A stretch of 64,000 nucleotides of DNA, from positions 23,348 through 87,347 of the forward strand of contig JAKQPS010000051.1 in NCBI GenBank assembly GCA_029564595.1, read 5' to 3'. The notes under the pieces are model-generated. The model was not told the DNA's origin. It was given only the letters and a program-made list of their open reading frames with translations, and did no database searches. Positions 6,935 through 16,059 of this stretch are shown in pieces; positions within the stretch are counted from its first letter, which is position 1, and the number at the start of each line of letters is the position of its first letter. The position numbers and the translations under genes are program-made. The DNA is from a bacterium. Its GTDB lineage: Bacteria; UBP15; UBA6099.

Positions 6935-8389
6935 ATGCCGGACTGGACGAAATGCTTCGACAGCGTTTCCGACTACAAGATAAAGATACCAAGAACCTGT
7001 TTTGAAGGGATGAGGGTTCCGGGGATAATTTACGCCGGGCCGGAACTGCTGGACGACCTGAAGAGCGACGACGCGCCGCAACAGGTGGCGAATGTGGCGA
7101 CGCTGCCGGGGATTGTGGAGTATTCGCTCGCCATGCCCGACATCCATTACGGGTACGGGTTTCCCATTGGCGGGGTAGCGGCGATGTCAGTGGAGGAAGG
7201 CGTGATATCGCCGGGCGGGGTGGGGTTCGACATCAATTGCGGGGTGAGGCTGCTGGCGTCCGCGATAGAAGCGGGCGACGCGAGGGCAAAGGCGGACGAA
7301 CTGGCGACCAAACTGTTCCGGGACGTGCCGACAGGGGTAGGCTCGACGAGCGACATACGTCTGCGCGGCGGGGACATGGATAAGGTTCTGCAAAGGGGAG
7401 CGGCGTGGGCGGCGCGCAACGGTATGGGATGGGATGAGGACTTGGAATACTGCGAGTCCGGCGGGGCGTTGGAAGACGCCGATCCGGGGGAGGTCGGCCG
7501 CAGGGCGAGGGAGCGCGGCGCGAACCAGTTGGGCACGCTCGGCGCGGGCAACCACTTCATCGAAGTTCAGGAAGTGGAGGAAATATTCGACGACAGGGCG
7601 GCGCGGGCGTTCGGGCTTGAAAAGGGCATGGCGGCGGTGATGATACATTCGGGGTCGCGCGGGCTGGGGCATCAGGTGTGCGACGACGCCATCCGAACGA
7701 TGCGGGAGGCTGTTGTCAGATATGGATACGAGCTGCCCGACAGGCAACTGGCCTGCGCGCCGGTGGAGTCTCCGGAGGGGCGGGCTTACTATGCGGGGAT
7801 GTGCGCGGCGGCCAACTTCGCGTGGGCCAACCGGCAGTGTCTGGCGCACACCGTGAGGGGGACGATGGAGCGAGTGTTCGGGGCGTCGGCGGAGCGGCTG
7901 GGGCTTAGGCTGGTGTATGACGTGGCGCATAACATCGCCAAATTCGAGGAGCATGAGGTCGGCGGGAAGAAGCGGCGGCTGTGCGTGCATAGGAAAGGGG
8001 CGACGCGGGCGTTTGCGGCGGGACATCCCGAACTGGCTCGAAGGCATGCCGGGGTGGGCCAGCCGGTAATTGTGCCGGGAGACATGGGCAGCGCGTCTTA
8101 TGTTATGGCGGGAACGCCACAGGCGATGGCCGAAACTTGGGGGTCGGTGTGCCACGGGGCGGGCCGGGTGAAAAGCAGGACTTCCGCGAAAAAGGAGTTC
8201 AATGCGGCCACCGTGCTCGAAGAGCTGGCGGCGCACGGCGTGACCGTGCGGGCGGGGTCGAAGAAGTCGCTGTTGGAGGAAGCGCCCGGAGCGTACAAAA
8301 ATGTGGACCATGTGGTCAACACATGCGTGAACGCGGGGCTGGCGACGATTGTCGCGAGGCTGCGCCCGATTGTGGTGATAAAAGGATAA
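6935..8389 (+). CDS. rtcB: RNA-splicing ligase RtcB (3'-phosphate/5'-OH RNA ligase)
   Basis: Motifs GYGFPIGGVAA, DINCGVR, GAGNHFIEVQ, HSGSRGLGHQ, HRKGAT, GDMGSASY and CHGAGR are present. GAGGAGG lies 5 nt before ATG 6935, which I prefer over TTG 6911. Confidence 0.95.
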   Translation: MPDWTKCFDSVSDYKIKIPRTCFEGMRVPGIIYAGPELLDDLKSDDAPQQVANVATLPGIVEYSLAMPDIHYGYGFPIGGVAAMSVEEGVISPGGVGFDINCGVRLLASAIEAGDARAKADELATKLFRDVPTGVGSTSDIRLRGGDMDKVLQRGAAWAARNGMGWDEDLEYCESGGALEDADPGEVGRRARERGANQLGTLGAGNHFIEVQEVEEIFDDRAARAFGLEKGMAAVMIHSGSRGLGHQVCDDAIRTMREAVVRYGYELPDRQLACAPVESPEGRAYYAGMCAAANFAWANRQCLAHTVRGTMERVFGASAERLGLRLVYDVAHNIAKFEEHEVGGKKRRLCVHRKGATRAFAAGHPELARRHAGVGQPVIVPGDMGSASYVMAGTPQAMAETWGSVCHGAGRVKSRTSAKKEFNAATVLEELAAHGVTVRAGSKKSLLEEAPGAYKNVDHVVNTCVNAGLATIVARLRPIVVIKG

Positions 8390-8510
8390 TCCGGACAAAA
8401 TTCGGATATGCGCGAAAACAACGTATCGCGCGCGCGATTTAACCGCGACATAGATGAATGCCATTGATTTTATAGCGTTAAAAGAATATGAAAATGAATA
8501 TATTATGACT

Positions 8511-8538
8511 TTGACAAAAAGAACGCATAGCATATAAT
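8511..8538 (+). promoter_or_regulatory. consensus sigma70 promoter (TTGACA-16 nt-TATAAT) for the 8571 gene
   Basis: TTGACA at 8511-8516 and TATAAT at 8533-8538. GGGGAGAG RBS at 8559-8566, ATG at 8571. Confidence 0.6.
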
Positions 8539-8570
8539 ACATTCGAATTTTTAAGAATGGGGAGAGCAAG

Positions 8571-10061
8571 ATGCAAAGCAAACACATCGGCGGGGGCGTC
8601 ATCTTCGCGGCGGCGCTTGCGTTTATAGTGGTAATATTCGCCGGGCATGCGGCGCGCGCGCAGGAGGCAAAGAGCCTAAAAATCAACCTTGCCGTGAGCG
8701 ATGAAAGGCTCCTCATTTACGCCGGAAGCTCGGCGGGGGTGAAAATCGGACAGAAATTCACTGTGGTCCGCGACGGCAAGAGCATCGGTTCCATAGTTGT
8801 CGCGGAAGTAAAACCGACATATTCAATCGCGAAAGTAGTGGAAAAGACAGTTGAAATGCGGGATATGGATGAACTGGTCGAGTTTGGAAAGGAACCATCG
8901 GCGGCGGCGATTTCCGCAGTTGAGCAACCGACAAAGAGGGGAATGAAGGAAGTTGCCCCGGCGGCGACAGCGACTGCTCCGGCGGCTGAAGAGAAGAAAG
9001 AAGAATCGGCGCCTGCGGCTTCATCAAGGGGCCGAAGAGGAAGCGCCGAACCTGCGGCGGAGGCAGCTCCTGCGGCTGCGGCGGAACAGCCTGCGGCAGC
9101 AGCGGAAGGGACTTCATCAAGAAGACGCGGAAGGGCTTCTGCCTCGGAAAGTCCGGCGGCGGCGGAATCCGCGCCGGCAGCCGAATCCGCTCCTGCAGCG
9201 GCGGAATCCACTTCGGGCAGAAAAAGAGGCCGCGCTTCCGGCGGCTCCGCTGAACCTCTGGGAGATGAACCTGCGGCGGCTGAAGAAAAGAAATCAGCTC
9301 CTGAAAAAAAGAAAATCAACTCGCCAATGGATCTGTCGTTCGCCACAACCGGCGGAATGTCCGGTCTTTGGATGGTTCCCACTACGGATGTGCTCGAAAA
9401 CCGAAAATTTGCTATTGGCTTGTACGCCTCAAGCTATTCGGAATCCATGACAGTAAAAGTCTTGAGTCCCATGTCGAATGTCGACACATCATATTATGGT
9501 TATTGGATGGATCTGAAAGATGAAACCATCGGCCTTTCGTACGGGCTGGGAAAAGGATTGGAAGTCGCTTTTAGTCAAACCAGATATCATGGCTCGGCAA
9601 TGGTGTATTTCGAAGGCGATTCGGAAAGCGTTAACTACGATGAAAACAACACGTCCATAGCGTTGAAGTACAATCCGCAAAAGCATTTTCTTCTATCTGA
9701 ATCGACGAATAAAAAATGGGACACGGCGTTTGCAGTCGAGAGATATGAAATGGGAAGCGATGATGGCACGACGATCTACGGGCTGGTTAATTTTCCATAC
9801 GACAAGTTTGACCTTCACGGCGGAATATTCCACATGAGCCAGCAGGGACGGACCGGAAAAAAATTCGGAACCCTCGCCGGAGTAGGCATGGACATATCCC
9901 CTGAATTGCTTTTCATCGGAGAAGTCATGTTGTATCAGGCGCAATACACGTGGAACTATGCTGTCAGATACATATACGAGAATAAAGGTTCCGTGATGCT
10001 CGGCATAGCCGACGCGGACGATGTTAGACGCCTGACGCTGGGGGCGGCGTATCAATTCTGA
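8571..10061 (+). CDS. outer-membrane beta-barrel protein with N-terminal small domain and long Ala/Pro/Glu linker carrying Arg-Gly-rich motifs
   Basis: Signal-like N-terminus GGGVIFAAALAFIVVIFAGHAARAQE. Low-complexity region at aa ~108-250. The C-terminal ~245 aa alternates in beta-strand fashion and ends ...LTLGAAYQF, a typical OMP beta-signal. Confidence 0.6.
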   Translation: MQSKHIGGGVIFAAALAFIVVIFAGHAARAQEAKSLKINLAVSDERLLIYAGSSAGVKIGQKFTVVRDGKSIGSIVVAEVKPTYSIAKVVEKTVEMRDMDELVEFGKEPSAAAISAVEQPTKRGMKEVAPAATATAPAAEEKKEESAPAASSRGRRGSAEPAAEAAPAAAAEQPAAAAEGTSSRRRGRASASESPAAAESAPAAESAPAAAESTSGRKRGRASGGSAEPLGDEPAAAEEKKSAPEKKKINSPMDLSFATTGGMSGLWMVPTTDVLENRKFAIGLYASSYSESMTVKVLSPMSNVDTSYYGYWMDLKDETIGLSYGLGKGLEVAFSQTRYHGSAMVYFEGDSESVNYDENNTSIALKYNPQKHFLLSESTNKKWDTAFAVERYEMGSDDGTTIYGLVNFPYDKFDLHGGIFHMSQQGRTGKKFGTLAGVGMDISPELLFIGEVMLYQAQYTWNYAVRYIYENKGSVMLGIADADDVRRLTLGAAYQF

Positions 10062-10079
10062 TCGGCGGGGTGAAAGCGG

Positions 10080-10499
10080 ATGAGCGAAAAGAAGATACGG
10101 GTGATAGTGGCGAAGCCGGGTCTTGACGGACATGACAGAGGCGCGAAAGTGGTTGCGCGCGCGCTCAGGGACGCCGGCATGGAAGTCATATATCTTGGAT
10201 TGCAGCAGACGCCCGAAGACATCGTCAATTCCGCCATTCAGGAAGACGCCGATTTCATAGGGATAAGCTCGCTGGCGGGCGCGCACATGACGCATTTTAC
10301 GCGCGTGCTGCAACTGCTCAAGGATAAAGAGTCCGAAGACATCCTCGTCATCGGAGGCGGAATAATTCCGGAAGACGACCGGGAAAAACTTCTCGAAGCG
10401 GGCGTGGCGGCGCTGTTCGAGCCGGGCGCCCCAACTCAAACAATCATAGACGAAATCAAAAAAATAAAAGAGGCGTCAGCAGCGGCGGCCGCGTCCTGA
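10080..10499 (+). CDS. stand-alone cobalamin-binding domain protein (methylmalonyl-CoA mutase small-subunit/C-terminal-domain type)
   Basis: [36 protein letters not shown] contains the DxHxxG B12 motif; GISSLAGAH and VIGGGIIP also fit. Confidence 0.85.
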   Translation: MSEKKIRVIVAKPGLDGHDRGAKVVARALRDAGMEVIYLGLQQTPEDIVNSAIQEDADFIGISSLAGAHMTHFTRVLQLLKDKESEDILVIGGGIIPEDDREKLLEAGVAALFEPGAPTQTIIDEIKKIKEASAAAAAS

Positions 10500-10544
10500 C
10501 GAGCCGAGCGCGCGAACCGTTCGTCAGCGAACGGGGGAGAAATC

Positions 10545-10982
10545 GTGTCGGAAAAAACCGGATGTGTTTTTTGCGATTTCGACAGCCGGCATATCATTGC
10601 GGAAAGCGAGTTAGCTTTTGCCGCGCATTTTGATTGCGCCATCAAACCCGGCCACATAGTGGTGGCGCTCAAAGAGCATGTCGAGTCTCTTGCCGCGATG
10701 TTGCCTGAGCAGGCGGCGGACATCATGAGACTGGCGGCGCGAGTGGCGAGAGCGGCGGAGCGTGTTGCGGGGTGTGAGAAGTTCTATCTGGTTTCTATTG
10801 CGGACGCGGTTCCCCATTATCACATGCATCTGCTTCCGCTAATGAGGGGAGAGGCTCCGCTTGGGCCGTGTATCATGGGAGATTCGGGGTGGAAGGGAGA
10901 AGTCGGCGCGGCGGTCGGGGAAGAAGAAATCGCCCGGTTCATCTCGTCATGCCGGGAAGCGCTGTCGGAACAGAGGCGTTGA
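10545..10982 (+). CDS. HIT-family hydrolase
   Basis: Histidine triad HYHMHLLP and N-terminal CVFC. GTG start 10545 is preceded by GGGGGAGA. Confidence 0.8.
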   Translation: MSEKTGCVFCDFDSRHIIAESELAFAAHFDCAIKPGHIVVALKEHVESLAAMLPEQAADIMRLAARVARAAERVAGCEKFYLVSIADAVPHYHMHLLPLMRGEAPLGPCIMGDSGWKGEVGAAVGEEEIARFISSCREALSEQRR

Positions 10983-11039
10983 AGCTATGCCGCATAGCGC
11001 GAAAGCGCCGCGCGGGTTGTTCCCGATTAGGAAAAAAGA

Positions 11040-12419
11040 ATGGGAAAAGACATAAAAAAGAGAAGAAAACCAAAGCGGACGAAGTCGCCGCAGGCAATAT
11101 TGGTGTGGGGATTCGCCGGAGCTATAGCAATCGGGACGATTCTTCTATGGCTTCCTTTCGCGCATCAGCCGGGCCGGGTGGGTTTGCTTGACGCGCTGTT
11201 CACCGCGACATCCGCAGTTTGCGTGACCGGGCTTGCAGTGGTGGACACCGGGTCGGATTTCACGTTGTTCGGACAGATAGTGATACTTCTGCTGATACAA
11301 CTGGGCGGCCTTGGCGTGATGACGTTCGCGGTGATAGCTTTCAAGGCGTTGGGGATGAGGTTGTCTCTAGTGTCTCAGGCAGCCGTTCAGGACTCGATGT
11401 TCCAGAAGGATGTAGCCGTTTTATTCAAAAGCGTTTTTGGCGGGATTTTGGCGCTTACGTTGATAATTGAATTCATCGGGGCTGCCGTGTTGTTCGCGTT
11501 TCTTGCTCCTTTGAAGGGGGCGTCCGGGGCCGCGTTCACTTCTGTTTTTCATTCCGTGTCGGCATTCTGCAACGCGGGTTTTTCTTTATATCCGGATAGT
11601 CTTATCGGATTGCGAGGGACAGGAGGATTGGCGGCGGTGGTGGCGGCGCTTATTGTGCTTGGCGGATTGGGCCATACGACGCTGTATGAGATATTCGGGC
11701 TAGTAAAAAGAAAATTGACGGGAAAGAGAAGCGTTGGAAAAATTGCGCGCCTGTCGCTACACGCCGCGACGGCGCTATGGATGTCGGCGGGGCTAATCAT
11801 CGCGGGAGCTGTTATGCTCATGATTTTCGGGCTGACAACTGGCGAAAAAAACGCTTGGGAGATAGTCGGGAACGCCCTGTTTCAGTCAGTGACGTCGAGG
11901 ACTGCCGGGTTCAATACGATAGATATTGGAGCGCTACCGGTCGCGTCGCTTTTTCTGCTGACGACGCTCATGTTTGTTGGAGGGTCTCCGGGGTCTTGTG
12001 CCGGCGGCGTGAAGACGACGACTCTGGCGGTGTGGCTTGCGAGAATTAAGTCCAGTCTGGCAGGGGAAAAAGAAGTCAGCATACTTGGCAGGAGGCTGCC
12101 TGATGAAACAGTGTCTCGGGCGGGTTTGCTGATGGGGCTTGCGATTCTTTGGAATATCGCGGGAGTGATGATTCTCAGCGCAACGGAGCCGGGCGTCAAC
12201 GGAGCAGGCTTGAGCCAGATTGTTTTTGAACAGGTGTCGGCGTTCGGAACGGTCGGATTGTCTACGGGAATAACCCCGTCGTTGTCCGTGTCGGGACGCT
12301 TGTGGATTATCCTGACGATGTTCGTGGGAAGGCTGGGGCCTCTCACAATGGCGGTATGGATAGTGAATAAAAAACGGGTCAATGTGCATTATCCGAAGGG
12401 CGAGGTGATGATAGGATGA
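11040..12419 (+). CDS. ktrB: K+ transporter membrane subunit, TrkH/KtrB family
   Basis: 459 aa, multi-TM, with repeated selectivity-filter-like segments (VCVTGLAV, FCNAGFSL, SRTAGFNT, FGTVGLSTG). Confidence 0.85.
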   Translation: MGKDIKKRRKPKRTKSPQAILVWGFAGAIAIGTILLWLPFAHQPGRVGLLDALFTATSAVCVTGLAVVDTGSDFTLFGQIVILLLIQLGGLGVMTFAVIAFKALGMRLSLVSQAAVQDSMFQKDVAVLFKSVFGGILALTLIIEFIGAAVLFAFLAPLKGASGAAFTSVFHSVSAFCNAGFSLYPDSLIGLRGTGGLAAVVAALIVLGGLGHTTLYEIFGLVKRKLTGKRSVGKIARLSLHAATALWMSAGLIIAGAVMLMIFGLTTGEKNAWEIVGNALFQSVTSRTAGFNTIDIGALPVASLFLLTTLMFVGGSPGSCAGGVKTTTLAVWLARIKSSLAGEKEVSILGRRLPDETVSRAGLLMGLAILWNIAGVMILSATEPGVNGAGLSQIVFEQVSAFGTVGLSTGITPSLSVSGRLWIILTMFVGRLGPLTMAVWIVNKKRVNVHYPKGEVMIG

Positions 12420-13075
12420 AGAAAAACAGGAAGCAGATATGCGTGATAGGCCTCGGGCAGTTCGGGGCGGAACTAGCGAGCGATCTGGCTAAGCACAGCG
12501 ACGTTCTGGCGATTGACAGCAGCGAGGAGAGGGTGAACACGGTGAGCGATACGGTGCAGCGCGCCATGATGCTGGACGCGAGGGATTTCAGCGCGTTGCG
12601 CTCGGTAGTCACGGCGGACTTCGACGAAGCGATAGTGAGCCTCGGAGAGACGCTGGAGGCAAGCGTCCTCTGCACTCTGCATCTAAAAAAGATAGGTGTC
12701 GGCAATATCCGCTGCAAAGCGCTGAACGAGGACCACGCGGAGATACTGGAGGCGATAGGGGCGAACGAAATAATTTTTCCGGAGAGGGAAACAGCGCGCC
12801 GGGTCGCCGCGCATATAATAAATCCAAACCTTCTCGATTTCGTGCCGATAGAGGAGGATTACCGGGTGATGGAAGTGTCGCCGCCGGAAAGTTTCATCGG
12901 CCGCACGTTGATGGAACTGAATGTCAGAGGGCGTTTCGGAATATTTGTGATGGCTGTCAAAAGAGAAAACGGGGGAGGCTTCGTTTTTTTGCCGGGGCCG
13001 GATTACAGGGTGAGCGGAGGCGATAGTCTGGTGATGATAGGAAAAGAGAAGGATTTGCTAAGTATAAAAAGCTAG
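12416..13075 (+). CDS. ktrA: K+ uptake regulatory subunit, single-RCK KtrA/TrkA-N type
   Basis: ICVIGLGQFGAELASDL Rossmann motif. 219 aa with a C-terminal TrkA-C-like part. ATGA overlap with the upstream gene. Confidence 0.8.
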   Translation: MKKNRKQICVIGLGQFGAELASDLAKHSDVLAIDSSEERVNTVSDTVQRAMMLDARDFSALRSVVTADFDEAIVSLGETLEASVLCTLHLKKIGVGNIRCKALNEDHAEILEAIGANEIIFPERETARRVAAHIINPNLLDFVPIEEDYRVMEVSPPESFIGRTLMELNVRGRFGIFVMAVKRENGGGFVFLPGPDYRVSGGDSLVMIGKEKDLLSIKS

Positions 13076-13114
13076 AAAAGATGAAAGGCGTCGGGCAGAG
13101 CGAGGAGAAAATAG

Positions 13115-14452
13115 ATGAGAATCACAATAGCGGGTTGCGGAGCGGTAGGCCGCAATTTGGCGGGAATTCTTGTTCGGGAGGGCAACAACGTCACCGTCAT
13201 CGACCGGGACAGGGCGAATCTGGACGCGGTCGAGGAACGGTTGGATGTTGCGGCTGTGGAAGGCCCTTGCACGGACATTAAAACGCTGAAACTGGCCGGG
13301 GTCGTCAACTGCGATGTTTTTGTGGCGGCGACCGACGACGATGAAAAGAATGTGCTGTCCGCTGCGGCGGCAAAAAAACTTGGCGCGGGCAGGACGATTG
13401 CCAGATGCAGAAACCCGATCTACACCTCAGGCGGGCGCAACAAGGCATACGCCGAGTTAATGGATATCGATCTGGTGGTGAACCCCGAGGATCTGACCGC
13501 TCTAGAAATTGTCAAACTGTTGAAAGCTCCGGGCGCGTTAGTGATAGAGAACTTCGCGATGGGAAAAGCGCAGGTTCGGGAAATAGTGGTCGGAGCGGGA
13601 AGCGATGCGGCGGAAAAAACGCTGGCTCAACTCTCACTCAGCAAACTGGGGCTGGTGGCCGCAATATCGCGCGCCGGGGGCATCATAATTCCTAAAGGCG
13701 ACACCCGGATTCTTCCGGAAGATAAAGTATTCATCATCGGAAAACAGGAGAATCTTACCAAGCTTATGAGCGCCTTTGGCGGCGCGCGCCCGAAGGGCAG
13801 AAAAATTATTATCCTCGGCGGCGGAAAAGTCGGACTTGCCGCTTCTCAACTAGTCGAGAAAGAGAACCTCAATCTTATCGTCATTGAGAAGGACAGGGAG
13901 CGGGCGCTCACGGTCAGCGAAAACCTGAAAAAAGCCCTCGTCCTTGTCGGCGACGGAACCGACATCGATTTGCTAAAGGAAAAGGACATTGAAAACACGG
14001 ATTACTTCGTGGCGCTGAGCGGCGACGATGAAGACAACATAGTATCGGGTCTGCTCGCCAAAGATCTCGGAGCCAAGTCGAGCATAGTGATGGTGGAAAG
14101 GCCGGAATATGTGGCGATTGTCGAGAGGCTGGGCATCGACCATGCGGTAAGCCCGCGCCTTCTGACAGTGACGGAGATTTTGAGGTTCCTGAAAAAAGGC
14201 AGGTTTGCGTCCGTCGCGATGCTCGAAAACGAGGGCGCTGAGCTTGTCGAGGCGAGGATTCATCCGGGTTCCAAGATAGCCGGAAAAAGGTTGAGCGAGG
14301 CGGGGATCCCTAGCGGAACCATCATTGGAGCCATAGTAAGGGGAGAGAGCGTAATCGTGCCGACGGGGGCCGATTCGGTCATGTCGGGAGACACGCTTAT
14401 TGTGTTTACCGCGCAGGAGAACATTCCGAAGCTGGAAAATCTGATGGGATGA
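13115..14452 (+). CDS. trkA: Trk system NAD-binding subunit TrkA (double RCK)
   Basis: Two Rossmann motifs (ITIAGCGAVGRNLA and IIILGGGKVGLAAS). 445 aa. GAGGAG RBS. Confidence 0.9.
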   Translation: MRITIAGCGAVGRNLAGILVREGNNVTVIDRDRANLDAVEERLDVAAVEGPCTDIKTLKLAGVVNCDVFVAATDDDEKNVLSAAAAKKLGAGRTIARCRNPIYTSGGRNKAYAELMDIDLVVNPEDLTALEIVKLLKAPGALVIENFAMGKAQVREIVVGAGSDAAEKTLAQLSLSKLGLVAAISRAGGIIIPKGDTRILPEDKVFIIGKQENLTKLMSAFGGARPKGRKIIILGGGKVGLAASQLVEKENLNLIVIEKDRERALTVSENLKKALVLVGDGTDIDLLKEKDIENTDYFVALSGDDEDNIVSGLLAKDLGAKSSIVMVERPEYVAIVERLGIDHAVSPRLLTVTEILRFLKKGRFASVAMLENEGAELVEARIHPGSKIAGKRLSEAGIPSGTIIGAIVRGESVIVPTGADSVMSGDTLIVFTAQENIPKLENLMG

Positions 14453-14487
14453 AAGGCGGAGACGCAGCGGTTCCGCGTCGCGAATAA

Positions 14488-15948
14488 ATGAGCTGGAAGC
14501 CTGTAGTAAAACTTATGGGATATTTCGCGCTGGCGCTTGGCGCGATGATGGCGTTGCCGGCCGTTCTCGGCTTCTGTTTCGGAGAAGAGGACGCGTATGC
14601 TTTCCTGAAGTCGATGGCGGTGTGCGGGGGGGCGGGCGGCATAATGACGCTCGCCTGCCGGAAGGAATCTGTGAGTTCTCTGACTCGGCGCGAAAGCATC
14701 CTTTTCGTCTCTCTCGGATGGATTGTCGGCGCGGTTTTCTGCGCATTGCCGTACATGTTTGCGACGGCGTCTCCGGGTTTCAACGGGTTCGCTGACGCGT
14801 ATTTCGAGGCAATGAGCGGACTGACCACAACAGGAGCTTCCGTGCTCAGAGACGTTGAAGCGGTGGCAAAATGCCTGCTGTTCTGGCGCTCGTTCACGCA
14901 GTGGATAGGCGGGATGGGAATAATCGTGTTGTTCGTGGCGGCGCTGCCTTATCTGGGCATTTCAGGCAAACAGATGATGAAATCGGAAGTGCCCGGCCCT
15001 GAAAAGGACGGTCTGAGGCCGAGGGTAATACAGACTGCAAGAACGCTCTGGCTTGTTTACACGGCAATATCGGCGGTTGAAGTAATCGCTCTGATGCTTT
15101 GCGGTATGAATTTGTTCGATTCGGTTTGTCACATGTTTTCCACGATGTCCACAGGGGGGTTCTCGCCGAAGAATGCGTCGGTCGGACATTATAACAGCGC
15201 GCCGATAGCTCTTGTGATATCGCTGTTCATGATTCTGGCGGGAGTGAATTTCTCGTTGTATTACATGGCGATAACCGGGCGTTGGCGGACAATGCTGAGA
15301 GACCCGGAGTTGAGGGGATATCTTCTTTTTATTGCGGGTTCGATGGCCTTGATTGTGGCGAGCCTTTATGGAACCGGTTTTTTCGGAAATATCAAAGACC
15401 TCGCAGTTCATTCTTTGTTCCAAGTTGTTTCAATAATGACGACGACGGGGTTTGCGACAACTGATTTCGACGCGTGGCCGTCTTTTTCACGAAAGCTTCT
15501 GCTGCTGCTTATGTTTATCGGCGGGTGTTCAGGAAGCACGGGTGGAGGCCTGAAGGTTATAAGGGTGATGGTAATAGCGAAGCACGCCTCCCAATCTATT
15601 TTTAAGACAGTGCATCCGGAGGCGGTTGTGTCGATGCGGGTGGGCAGCAGGCTGATGAAGCCGCAGGTGGTGAGCCAGATTTTGGGTTTTTTCGCTATAA
15701 CGGCGGGGATTTTTCTTGGAGGATCGCTAGTCATACTGGCGTTCGGGCACGATATAGAAAGTTCCGTTTCAGCGGCGGCGGCTACTTTAATGAACATAGG
15801 GCCGGGACTTGGTTTTGTCGGACCTACGCAGAACTATGCTTTTTTCTGCCCGTTTCTCAAGCTTTTCCTGTCATTCCTGATGGTGGCGGGAAGACTGGAG
15901 TTTTTCACTGTGCTTGTGTTGTTCAGCAGGGCTTTCTGGAAGAAATAG
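14488..15948 (+). CDS. trkH: Trk system K+ uptake membrane subunit TrkH
   Basis: 486 aa, multi-TM, with filter-like GLTTTGAS, STMSTGGFS, MTTTGFAT and NIGPGLG. Confidence 0.9.
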   Translation: MSWKPVVKLMGYFALALGAMMALPAVLGFCFGEEDAYAFLKSMAVCGGAGGIMTLACRKESVSSLTRRESILFVSLGWIVGAVFCALPYMFATASPGFNGFADAYFEAMSGLTTTGASVLRDVEAVAKCLLFWRSFTQWIGGMGIIVLFVAALPYLGISGKQMMKSEVPGPEKDGLRPRVIQTARTLWLVYTAISAVEVIALMLCGMNLFDSVCHMFSTMSTGGFSPKNASVGHYNSAPIALVISLFMILAGVNFSLYYMAITGRWRTMLRDPELRGYLLFIAGSMALIVASLYGTGFFGNIKDLAVHSLFQVVSIMTTTGFATTDFDAWPSFSRKLLLLLMFIGGCSGSTGGGLKVIRVMVIAKHASQSIFKTVHPEAVVSMRVGSRLMKPQVVSQILGFFAITAGIFLGGSLVILAFGHDIESSVSAAAATLMNIGPGLGFVGPTQNYAFFCPFLKLFLSFLMVAGRLEFFTVLVLFSRAFWKK

Positions 15949-16059
15949 TCGGCGGTCAAATTTTACTCTCGCTCTGTTAACAATGACAAACCGATTATAA
16001 TGTTGTTTATTAGATGAGATTGACCAGAGAGGGCGGGGCGAGCGGTCCCGCGACTGAAT

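Noticed and set aside
7187-8716. 509-aa ORF on the minus strand opposite rtcB
   Set aside because: It is Arg/Pro/His-rich with no motifs and lies entirely antisense to a gene with unmistakable RtcB motifs. This is the typical open antisense frame of GC-rich DNA.
8892-9320. Ala/Pro/Glu-coding stretch as a DNA-level tandem repeat (VNTR), and the 221-aa antisense ORF 8717-9382
   Set aside because: The units are short and imperfect (gcngaatccgc-type) with no clean period. It is low-complexity coding sequence of the 8571 gene, and the antisense ORF is an artefact of that composition.
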